Assembly (NCBI GenBank): GCA_001687465.1 | Contig: LVLI01000304.1 | Span: 1-64,000 of the forward strand | Length of the DNA: 64,000 bases | DNA from: Halocafeteria seosinensis | Taxonomy: Eukaryota | Direction: 5' to 3' | In this document: positions 1 through 10,334 of the stretch, one piece after another | Position numbering within the stretch: the stretch's first letter is position 1 | Layout: every line of letters begins with the position of its first letter | The notes under the pieces: model-generated | Told to the model about the DNA's origin: nothing | Databases searched by the model: none | The model's input: only the letters and a program-made list of their open reading frames with translations | Translations under genes and position numbers: made by a program

Positions 1-52
1 GTGTGTAGGTGAACGGAAGAACTTTCGGAAATTGGTGACTGCCAAGATTTCG

Positions 53-793
53 GTTTGTCTGATGCGCGAGAATGTGCACATGATAGATCATTTCTTGGGG
101 AATCTTGGGTCACTTGTAGAGTAATGTTAGGTTTTCTTTCATTTTTCCCCAATCTTTGTAAGAGTAAATACAATACACACTCCGTAGCAGGACCTCAGGG
201 GTGGTCGTCCTTGGCTCGCCAGTAGGGACGGTTGAATGGGAGGACGAGGAATGCTTGCGGAAGGTACATGAGATCAGAAATCTGCTGCTTCTCAAGGGAA
301 AGCCCCCAATCTCCCGTCAGGTTCGCTTCCTCCTCTTATCCTCTTCTGTGTCACGCACCTTTAACCATCTCCTGCGCACCGTTCCCCCCCTCGTCTCGAA
401 TCCAAGCCACTCGGGCCTTTGATTCCGCGATCTTTGAAATTGTCCTTGATCTGCTGGAGTCCTCGCAATACGGGGATGGGGAGGCCATAGCGGCATGCCA
501 CCGAATGTGGCTCCCGGTCCGCTATGGGGGGCTTGGAGAGTCCAAGTGCGAAATTTCCTCGGAAGTCGCTTATGTGGCTTCGTATTGGGAGGCAAAGTCT
601 ATAGCTCCAGTTGTTCTACCGGTGGCCCCTCTGGCAAGTGACGTCAGGCAAGCTCGTAGGAAAGGGTGTGTATTGTATTTACTCTTACAAAGATTGAGGA
701 AAAATAAAAGAAAACCTAACATTAGTCTACAAGTGACCCAAAATTCCCCAAGAAATGATCTATCATGTGCACGTTCTCGCGCACCAGACAAAC
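53..793. repeat. Inverted repeat, arms 53-180 and 666-793 (128 bp, about 6 mismatches by eye); two opposed copies of an element 3' end
   Basis: Reverse complement of 53-180 matches 666-793. Positions 2-124 (+) translate to ...KISVCLMRENVHMIDHFLGNLGSLVE*, resembling an RLE ORF C-terminus. A weaker third copy lies at ~2546-2583. Confidence 0.9.
190..660 (+). pseudogene. Frameshifted fragment of the non-LTR retrotransposon ORF, region C-terminal to the RT core
   Basis: ORF 201..422 (VVLGSPVG...FNHLLRTVPP) continues in a different frame in ORF 232..825 (WLPVRYGGLG...AYVASYW), with the shift near the poly-C run at ~384-391. Confidence 0.7.
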
Positions 794-925
794 AATTCCG
801 AAAGTTCAAAAGGGGCAGATATTAAATTGTCGTGGTTGTCCGAACCGGCGCCCATACATGCGAAGACCCAGGGGTGGTTGTCCGGGAAGATTGTTGACCG
901 GGTCTTCCGAGCCATTCACGCTCTC

Positions 926-1679
926 GTGTATTTATTTTCTTTTAGGACCACCATTATCGACCTACTCCACCACTAGCTACCGGCGACACAAGTTGCAACC
1001 ACCGATGAGCCAAGTTGCTGTTAGCATGCATCAAGCCACACGCGAGGGACACCAGGGTAAGACATCATGTTTTGTAATGATTCTACAGGGGAATACTTCG
1101 TGGGGGATCCGAACTCCCTTTAAACTCGTTAGGGGAGTATAACCAGGGTCTTCCACCTCCGTGAACATATTGGAGACAAATCCAATAATGAAGCGGAGTT
1201 GGCTGCCCTGTTCCTCGCTCTCGACACAGTTGAGGAGCTTACGGACTGCCGCAGCTACTCGAGTGGTGGAACGGATGAAAGTTCATAAATATGGGGCAGT
1301 CTGTCAAGAACTCTCTAGGGGAGTAATTTTAGAGACTTTTCCATATAACCACATGAATATACAATAAATATCTGGACAATACACACTACTTCTGGACTTC
1401 CAATCATTGCGCGAATTGCGAATTTTTTGTCTCGCCACAAATTCGCATGTGCACCCCAAAGCCCCGTCCATGTGCACTCCAAAGCCCCGTCCGTATGTCT
1501 GGATCTAAGAGAGTTGACGAGACATAATTGCTTATTACCCGAGTCCTTCTTCGACAAGGTGTTTGTGTATTTATTTTCTTTTTAGGACCACTATTATCGA
1601 CCTACTCCACCACTAGCTACCGGCAACACAAGTTGCAACCACCGATGAGCCAAGTTGCTGTTAGCATGCATCAAGCCAC
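926..1679 (-). repeat. Direct repeat of ~114 bp (926-1039 and 1565-1679); 3' end of a second retroelement subfamily
   Basis: Copies differ by 2 substitutions and a 1-nt indel. On the minus strand it encodes ...GLMHANSNLAHRWLQLVLPVASGGVGR* followed by AAAATAAATACAC, directly after the RLE motif of ORF 1594..1959. Confidence 0.9.
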
Positions 1680-3372
1680 CACTCAACCTTTCCCGAAGAT
1701 CGCAAACATATCCCACCGGATCAAAAACCCGGAGACAAGCCGGACGGTTCCGCAAGTCCGAGAAAAAGTCCAATCCTTTCAGTCCTATACCCCCAAAAGT
1801 CTGAAGAACCACCGGCAAAAACCTCTTGTGAGCGTTCTGGCAAACTCCATCGTACTTACGACATTCCACAAGTAGGACGATACAGTACTTCCGGGTATTG
1901 CTTGTCGATATAAGTTGGTCGGAATGCAGAGCTTTTCTTCGTCCCCTTGAGCCCGCCATTTTAACGTAACTTGTGTCTAGAGAAAAAAATATGCATATGT
2001 CGAGTAATTAAGGTGTGTGACACCGTATGTCCGCTTGCGAATAGTCCGGATTTTCATCCACAGTCTGGGCGGAAGGCTGGGGCTCAAGCAGATCACTCTA
2101 TCCTGGCCGTATTAGTAACTCACAGTGTTACTCTAAATGGTGCATTGTGGAAAAGACCCATTAATGTAGTATTGTGTGTGTGTGTGTCTTGTTGAGAAAA
2201 TGGACAGTCTCCAAATAAGATCGGCGATATGGCGATAGTTTGGCTATATATGTTATGGCCTACCGGCTAAATGAACCAGTTAGGGGATCCTCACACCGCG
2301 GAAGATCTCCCGAAAGGCCCCGAAGTTTCACCCTTGCCCCCTCTCTCTGTGTGTGTGGTAGTATTGCTGTGTGCCAGACAGACTGCCCGGCTGCTCGGTC
2401 TTTTGGAGTGTAGCCCTCCGAGTACGAGTACTACAAGATACGTAAAGCACCATAGCAACTACTGCCCCTGCTTATTCATAGATTAACTACCACCTACATC
2501 CATGCCAAAGTGTCATTGGCAACCCGCTTCATGAGTTGACAATCGTATCTTGGCAGTCACCACTTCCCGAAAGTTCTTCGGTTGAGCCGCCACTTTGCTG
2601 ATGATCGATTGGCGAGCTCAGCGAGTTCCTAGTTGTAGGCAGCAAACAAGCAGAGAATGCCAAGCTTAGGAAGTATGCTAAGATCACCCCCCTTGTTGTG
2701 GAGGCTACTGAAGGCATTAGAGTTCGTGCGGATGAAGCGGTTGTCGAAGCTGCATGACACGAGGCTAGGGTGGGCGGCCGGCGAACCAAGCGGTATCGTG
2801 CGATCTGGAGAATTATGTAGCCTGCTCTAAGGGACCTCAAGATCCCTGTTAACGTGGAGCATCCTGTTGAAGGGAAAGGCAGTGTCATGGACATTGTGGC
2901 TCACGGAGACACAGTGACTACTTAATCGATGTAATTGTCCCGACCCCCGCACAAATCAATGCATGATGAGCTACCTCATCCAGACGACTGTGCCCTACCT
3001 GACCCTTAAGTACAGCACTCTGGGGGAACTCAAACAAGAGCCTTGGTGTGCTCGGTTGGGATAAACAGAAGCTCTTCCCGCGAGTTGCATCGAGGCAGCC
3101 AGCTGTGGTTGAAGTATTACGGGACGGTGCTGCGTATTGAGGAAAAATAGGCGTGTTTGAAGAGCGAACCAGCCGAACCTTGAAGAACAGCAGTCGTGCA
3201 CTCTGCTGTGGGGTAAACGTACAATCTTTCCACGGAGCAGCAGCCACATTATTAGTCGGTAGAATATGAATCTACAATGTCAAGATGTACGATGAGCACA
3301 CGGGCTTGTCTATGAGATCGACGAGTTCTCCCGGGGATACATGCAACGGTACGGCGGGCAACCAAAACTCAG

Positions 3373-5142
3373 TCACATAAAGGCCAATTGTCTCAGCCCG
3401 TTCAATTGAGCTATCTTATCTTTTCCTTGCTCCCCAATAAAATGGCTGTCCCCACTATCTGGTCCAGGGACAGCTCCAAGGTTCTCGAAAAATGCAGCTT
3501 CCTCTTCAGGAGAGAGTAGCAGGTTTGATTGTCCGTTGGCATCTGTTGCAGACTCTACATGTGTTGAGTGAGAAATGGGTCTTCTCGAGGATGCTGAAAC
3601 AGCTCGGTCCTGACACGAGATATCTCGCTTCTGGAAGCTCCCGATCTCTTTATGCCACAACTGCAAGACTGCTGTTTTGATTCTCTCCAATACTTGATTT
3701 CGTCTCACACGTGCATTCTCCGTTCGTGGAGAGTCACACACTCGCGACAAAATCATCGATAGAGTCTTCCCTGGGAGTGACTCCTGTACGGTAGCCGTAT
3801 GGACCTGCTTGCAATCGTCCTTCAAAACGTCATTCATGGACTGGAGCGAATCACCCAACTTATCCAAAGTTTGTGACTGGAACCTCAATGCATGTAGGCG
3901 ACTGTCATACTCCTTTATGTCTGCTTTTATCTCATCGATCTTGTGTTCGTACTTGGCAGTGTCTCTTTGGGTGGTTGTTTCACTCTCCTTCCTTATATGT
4001 TGGAGCTCATACTCCACTGATTTCCTTTTTCTCTTTAATGCAACAATCTTCTTTATAACCTTTCCTATTTCATCATTTATAACTTCTTGCTCTTCTGAAT
4101 TATAATTGCGCCAATCGTACGCAACTTCATGAAGCTCTTCGTAGACTGCATCACGCCACTGTGTATCTCTGTTCGACCTGTCAAGGAGTAGTGAGATCAA
4201 CTGCATTACAGCAAGGTCAGTAGACGGTCGTAAATCTGTCCCTTTAGGACTACTTGGATAAGAGATCGCAAGAACGGAGGGTGGTGTTGTTTCTTCGTTT
4301 TTACGCTGGAATCGTACGAGATCCTTGCACCACCTGTCACTGTTCGTCATTCGCGCGCATCGTTGCTGTATTAGAATTTCGACCATTCGGGGCCAATCCC
4401 TTTCCAATTGTTTTAGGAGACTGCTAATTGCTGGATGATATTGTGGACTTATATCGTCTAAGTTCAATATGCGCTCTTCCATACTGAACCCCCTTGCGTC
4501 CAGACTATTCAACTCGGCGCTGGTCATACCCGAGCATAATCGTTGCAGGTCAACAAGTAGCACGTCATCTCGAGAGATCTGTAATTCAGTACAAATATCA
4601 GTGAACGGTTTATCAAGTTCCCCCTCTAAGCTGTCTACGCTAAGGGTATCCTCATTGGCTGCAGCAGAGCATTCGCCCCAAGGATGGAGACTCTCAAACA
4701 TTGCATCATCCCATTGTTCCCATGTATCAGGAATTGGATAGTGCGAACAATGGATTCCTTTTCGTTGCCGTGTTTTATCATTGACAGACGGCGAGGCGTT
4801 CTGATCATTATGGTCATCAATACGCGTTTGGGCCACCCTCAGTTCTTTGAGTAATTCAGAAGATAAGTCAAAATGAGCGGTAAGGGAGTCGCTTGCATAA
4901 ACACAAGTGCCACGTTTTGGTATTTTGATTGTTGTCATCTGCTCTTCGTTTCGTTTCGGAGAGAGGCTATGAGTATGGATACCCTGTAGTGAAGCGTCGT
5001 TCTGTTCCATCGCTGGCCCTCGGCATTCCTTCCACCGGATCAGCCAACTTCTTGCAGCCATGGCCGCATCGTCCATACTCCCTATTTGAATCGTAGTATC
5101 ATTGCCCCCAGCGCCTGTCCCGTTTGCCCCACACTCGTTCAT
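3373..5142 (-). CDS. Hypothetical protein with a central coiled coil (589 aa, apparently intronless)
   Basis: Long ATG-initiated ORF with a heptad-like charged segment; no recognised family motif. Confidence 0.75.
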   Translation of the reverse strand: MNECGANGTGAGGNDTTIQIGSMDDAAMAARSWLIRWKECRGPAMEQNDASLQGIHTHSLSPKRNEEQMTTIKIPKRGTCVYASDSLTAHFDLSSELLKELRVAQTRIDDHNDQNASPSVNDKTRQRKGIHCSHYPIPDTWEQWDDAMFESLHPWGECSAAANEDTLSVDSLEGELDKPFTDICTELQISRDDVLLVDLQRLCSGMTSAELNSLDARGFSMEERILNLDDISPQYHPAISSLLKQLERDWPRMVEILIQQRCARMTNSDRWCKDLVRFQRKNEETTPPSVLAISYPSSPKGTDLRPSTDLAVMQLISLLLDRSNRDTQWRDAVYEELHEVAYDWRNYNSEEQEVINDEIGKVIKKIVALKRKRKSVEYELQHIRKESETTTQRDTAKYEHKIDEIKADIKEYDSRLHALRFQSQTLDKLGDSLQSMNDVLKDDCKQVHTATVQESLPGKTLSMILSRVCDSPRTENARVRRNQVLERIKTAVLQLWHKEIGSFQKRDISCQDRAVSASSRRPISHSTHVESATDANGQSNLLLSPEEEAAFFENLGAVPGPDSGDSHFIGEQGKDKIAQLNGLRQLAFM

Positions 5143-5644
5143 TGTTGACTACTGACACCAAAAACAACCAGAACCCGTGTTGACGCTTCTTTCCGTGTTA
5201 TCTCTGGTTCCGTAAACCCCAAACCAGCAGCCACACAGTGAGCTTCAGCTTGCAGGTGCGATAAAGGAGAGGAAATTCGACCTCTCTTCCCCGGGAAATT
5301 TATATCTTCCCGTGCACTTTGTACAACGTCTTCCGAACGAAGCTGAATGGCTTAACTCCTTCAACTTGAAGTAGAAAACCAGGCTTTCTTTTCTTAGACC
5401 TGCAAGCCTTGATGCTTGCAAGATCTGGGACAGCGTTTGGGGTTGATTAGCAACCCTGCCGGTAAGGTCGCGGACAACTCGTTCAATCGCAACAGACGGC
5501 CGTGATCTTAGGGCATGTCGACATTTACACGGTCGAAGAAAAAGGAATTGGAGGAGCTGGAGGAACTGCGCAAATTCAAAGTTTGTTGTTCGGATTGGAT
5601 GCATTGTCCAGACATCCCAATCACTGATGATGTTGCTTCTTTGC

Positions 5645-8600
5645 ATGCAGGAAGGGGATAAAGTGATCGTGAAAAACGGTAAGACGGGAACTGTCAAGTT
5701 CACCGGTGAAACCCAGGTATGGAAGCGAATTCGTGCTCGGTATGCTGGGCTTTGTAACGCTCGCTCGTATGCAGTTTGCTCGAGGGAAGTGGGTAGGAAT
5801 TGAGCTCGATGATGCAGATGGTAACAACGATGGTACCGTAAATGGTATAAACGTGAGTAATGATGGGCAAATTTATTCACATATTGCATTTTATAGTTTT
5901 AGGGATTTTTCTCTCACAGTATTTTCACGCGGAGTCTGACCACGGGATCTTTTTGCCTCCACACAAAGTTTCTCATCTTGAGACGGAAGAAATTAAAGAT
6001 GTTTACCGAACAAAATGGAATACAACAGCAACAGCAACGGGCAACGCGGTTGCTGGCGATCTCTCATGCAGTACATCACCCGACGGAGACGATCATGCCG
6101 CATGTGAAGGGTCGCATGCATGGGCAGACCAAAGTAGCCCTATCGACGGAAATTCGGCTACTGGTAACAGCGGAACTACTGAGGAAGACCAGGAAAGAAA
6201 TTCTCTGCCAAAGGGGAACGACGAGCCCATTACTACAGGCACTTCCAGTGAATGTAGACAGCGGCGAAGTGTTAAATCAGTGACAGCACATGAAGCTTCG
6301 AACATTGAAGCCTATGGAACAAGTGGTACTGCAGAAGCAGACCGGTCCTCATTGGACAAACCATCGACAGGGAGAACGTCCTTAGAGAAACGTACTTCGA
6401 GATTAGAAGGTTTGTTGTGGCTGCTAAATTTACTTCTTTCCTGGCTGCTTAAACAGGAACTTCCCTTGCAGAGATAAAGAGAAGGAAAGAACTTAGCCGT
6501 CAAAAGGTTACATCAATGCTTCCCGGTACCTCCAGTGATTCTAAACGTAGCAGCAATGGGTCGAAGGACAAGATTGCAGGTGTCCGTGGAGGTCGCAGCT
6601 CCTTGCCGGTACCAAGACGTATCACCCAGCAGTCACGGTCTATCGAGGATCGGAAGAGTATTGATAATGCAGAGCTAAGTGCTGTGCGTAACACACCAAG
6701 AGATCAGCACAGCGTTTCCTACTCGAAGGGCGTATTTGAACTTGGGGAGCCCGTACCTGAGGATATATCCGAGTCCGACGACGAAGAGCTGCAGTTCGCC
6801 CATGAGACGGATGATAGATCTGCTACTCTCAAGGAGTCCGGTGAAATGATGATCAACAAGGAAATTCTAAAGGAAATGCATGCTCTGCTTGCTGAGAAAT
6901 TGCAGGACGCTGAAGGGAAGCAAACAGTTGCACTTGAAGAAAGTGAGACAGCAAAGCTGAGAAAGGCGTTTAAAGGTATATTGGATGATAATTCGGGCCC
7001 ACCTTGTTCTCCTGGTAACAGTTGTAGACGCCGGGATGCTTCAGATGCAGCCTTGCGCTCCCCTCCGAAGAAGCAATTGGAGGAGAGGGCACAAATGCAA
7101 GCTAGTATTAGTGCTTTGAAGCGACAAGTAAGTGAACTGACAAAACAAGTAGAGGATGGAACGGACCGTGTGAGAACTCTAGAAAATGACAAGGAGGAAC
7201 TGTCAGTAGATAAAGATATAGTGGAGGAGGAGAAGCTCGAGCAAGAATGGCAAGCTCGCGCTTGGCGTGAGAAGTGTGAAAAGCTTGAAGAAGAGCTCCG
7301 TACACTTCGTGAGACGCAGGTCGAGCCTAAATCGCAAAAGAATAGCAACTCCAAGCAAGAGATACTGCAGCAGAACTGGCAATTGCGGGAGGGTTTGAGC
7401 AAACTTAGATATATATATAAAGTTGAAGTAGACCAACTCCGGCGAGAGTTAAGCAGCAGTCAGAAGGAAGCCGCGCGAAGCACAACCTTGGCAGATGAAG
7501 CCGAAAAGCAAACCAAAGAAATTCGTTCGCTTAGGGCTGAGAATTTTGAGCTTCTTGAGCAGCTTGATACTGCAAATGCTTACGAGGAGATGATAGAAGA
7601 TCTAACGGAGAAAAATTTGGCCTTAAGCGATCGTTTAGAGGAATTGAAAGTTTCTATAAATGACTTCGAAGAGCTGCATTGCGTTTATGAGAATTTGGAA
7701 CAGTATTACGCCGAAAATGAGCGACTGCTGAAAATGGAGATCAGCAAGCAGCAGCAGGTTATTGATGAGTACCACCGGAGAGTGGAACAACTGGTTTCAG
7801 CTATCCACTTATCCCGAAAGCATAACGAAAAATTGCGGAAAGCTCCAGGGACACTCCTTGAGGGATCAAATACGACACAGATGAGGCATCCAAACAAGGA
7901 CTCAAGGTACAACGCAGTCGTAGTGCAGCTGCGTAAGGCTTTGGAGCGTCAACGATGGATGGATACTACTGCGAGTGAACAGTTTAAAAACTTGAAATAC
8001 TCCCAGACGGGGATTAGACTCCTGCAGGTCGCCGCGTACACATTCGGCATGATGATACCAGCGAAAGTAATGTCTAGGTTCTGGAATGTCTCTCAGCACT
8101 CCTACAGCCCAGTTTCGAAATGTGAAGAGGACACTTCATCCGATGCTACATGTGCTATGTTTGTTTCCTTTGTTTGTTCAATAGAGCAAGTACTTGGAGG
8201 GGCGGACCTCATCGTCTCTCGGTGCTATGAATTCCTTGGTTCCGTAGTCCAAGCCAACGATCCGTTTTCGGAAGCCTCTGCTAACAGAGTCGATCCTGAC
8301 GCTGTCGATTCTAGTTTACAGAGATATCAGCGTCTACCTATTCTTATCGAATTCTCAATGACACTAGTCAGAGTTGCTTCTCTTTTTCGGCTTCTGCGTG
8401 CTGCGCTGCTGACAGGCCAGGGCTCTCTCACAAGGCTGCTCCACACGGTGCCTAAATGTGTCGAACAGATGGAAGAGTGCGAGCAGCTGGTACAGCAACT
8501 GGTGGAGAAGAAAATTGAAACGTTAGGATCATGCTCTCGTGAAGTTCAGTCCCTCTTTGCTGCTGCATGTGATATGCAAGAGGCGTTTTCCAGCCAAATG

Positions 8601-10334
8601 GATTCCGAAGCTCACTCAGTCTTGGCAGCCGGCATCGTAAATTTATCCCCATCGAACTGTAAAATGGTGGAAGTGTCCACGTGCATTGACTCTGAAAGGA
8701 AAAGATACGGCAGAGAGATTGTAACAATGTGTACTGCCTTGCAACTTCGTTTTTTACAACATGTAGACCTCCTTATCAAGGGCTACATGTGCTATTATCG
8801 TGTAGTGGCGTCAATGTCGCCGTCGGAGGAGCAGCTGCAAGACGGAAGCAAGCAGGATAATGGGAACGAGAGATTTCAAACCCTAAAAGGTGTCCTACGG
8901 ACTTCTCTGTCGGACATTTGCAATGCCACAGCGAGTATATGCACAGAGGCGAGGCGCCTGGCGGACTCTTGTCACAAGTTTGGGACCGAGTCTCTTAGGG
9001 AGCAAAGCCGTTTCTGGGCGCTTCGTCACACGGTGACACCGACTTTACTTGGTCCCTTGGCGGAGGCCTTGTTTCCGGGAAACATGTTCGAAGTGGTCCA
9101 AGAAGCCCAGAATTCTCTTTGGCAGTACCACCTTGGCAGATGTGTTACTGCGTCCAAGGATACGAAAGGTCCAACAGTTACTGGGTACTGGTGTTGTCAT
9201 GTTGGTGAGAATCATAATGAGCTCGGAACCTCCGGATTCTCAGCTTCGGATGTCAACTTGTTAAGATACGTGTTTGATGGGCAATCTACCCAAACAAACT
9301 CGAAGTGCGACTATGAATGCGTCTCTCTGTCGGCACTATTCGCTCCTTCAGCGAGTGAGGATGATCTTGTTAGAACTAGGCAAACACTGGAAAAAATACA
9401 GTTTCGTTGCAGTAGCATCAAGCGAATTTCAGTGGAATGTGTCTCTGCCCTGAGTCTCGAGACCTCTAACCGTACTGTGGACATTCGACAACAGGAGCTT
9501 GTACCCTTCCTAAAGCCGTTCTTGGACGTCAAGTCTCGTCTAGAATCCAGCAGTGAGACTGTTGAAGATCTGGAGTCAGCGCGTTCGTTACATGCAGAGA
9601 CTATCCAGGAGCTGGAAGAAAAAGAACAGAGGCTCCGCGAGGCCGAGAATCGTATCAAGGTCATGGAACGCCGCGTAAATGAAAGTATCGGCCAAGATCA
9701 TGCTAAAGCGAGAGAAGAAGAGAAAACACGGCAGCTTCGGAATGAGCTAGATCGACAACGTATGGAATATGAAAACAAACTGGAAATGTTGGAATCATTA
9801 AGAGAAGATTCAAAGCAAACAGCTTATACAGGTGACCATATCCATGATTCCCACCATCAGCAACCTTCAGCCCGGTTGAGTCTTTTTAGGGAGCTGAGGC
9901 TGTTGATTGAGCGACAAAAGGAGCAAATAGGATGGTGGAAGTCGATGCACGTCTCGTCGAAGCTGCGATCTGTACCGTGTCTTCCTGAAGTGCTGGTACT
10001 ACGACCCAGGAAAAATGCGCAAGCAGACCGGCATATGGTGAGCGTTACTGCTCTTGAGACACTGAAGAAAATCACCGGAACATCTCGTTCGCTACGAGCT
10101 AACGTCAAATTATCCACTGTTAAGACGGATTGGAGGGTTCTCGAGAGTTGTGCTGTCTCTTGTCAACAACAAGTCAAGCGATTGGGGAAACAGAGTTCCA
10201 GTGCCCTCAAACCGGCGAAGGTAGGAGCCACGGAACGTCATGACTGTACGCCTGCGTCCTTATCAGCCCACCTCCGACAGAGACGCAAAAACACTCCTGC
10301 CGATCAGGTATATCAAGAGTTGCTTGTCATTTGA
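5645..10334 (+). CDS. DCTN1: Dynactin subunit 1 (p150Glued), CAP-Gly domain plus coiled coils, multi-exon
   Basis: Spliced CAP-Gly: GTVKFTGETQ/FARGKWVGIELDDADGNNDGTVNG/YFHAESDHGIF. Coil LLEQLDTANAYEEMIEDLTEKNLALSDRLEELK resembles p150 CC1. Introns at ~5717-5774, ~5853-5919 and ~6410-6471. Confidence 0.88.

Larger units (their letters stand above)
1..3250. mobile_element. Cluster of degenerate RLE-type (CRE/R2-superclade) non-LTR retrotransposon fragments in both orientations
   Basis: Post-RT motifs VVLGSPVG, LLRTVPP, LPVRYGGLG and AYVAS at ~200-590 (+). RLE motifs ERMKVHKYGAVC..VILETF at ~1245-1340 (+), RKYDGVC..RFLPVVLQTFGGIG at ~1780-1865 (-), AENAKLRKYAKITPLVVEAT at ~2650-2710 (+), and GGRRTKRY..EHPV..MDIV..YLIDV at ~2770-2940 (+). 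All are interrupted by stops or frameshifts. Confidence 0.75.

Noticed and set aside
6719..7402. Long antisense ORFs (this 227-aa one and similar ones over TAF2, MLH3, ISWI and the coiled-coil genes)
   Set aside because: Ser/Leu/Phe-rich shadows of E/K/Q-rich sense CDSs, with no independent motifs.
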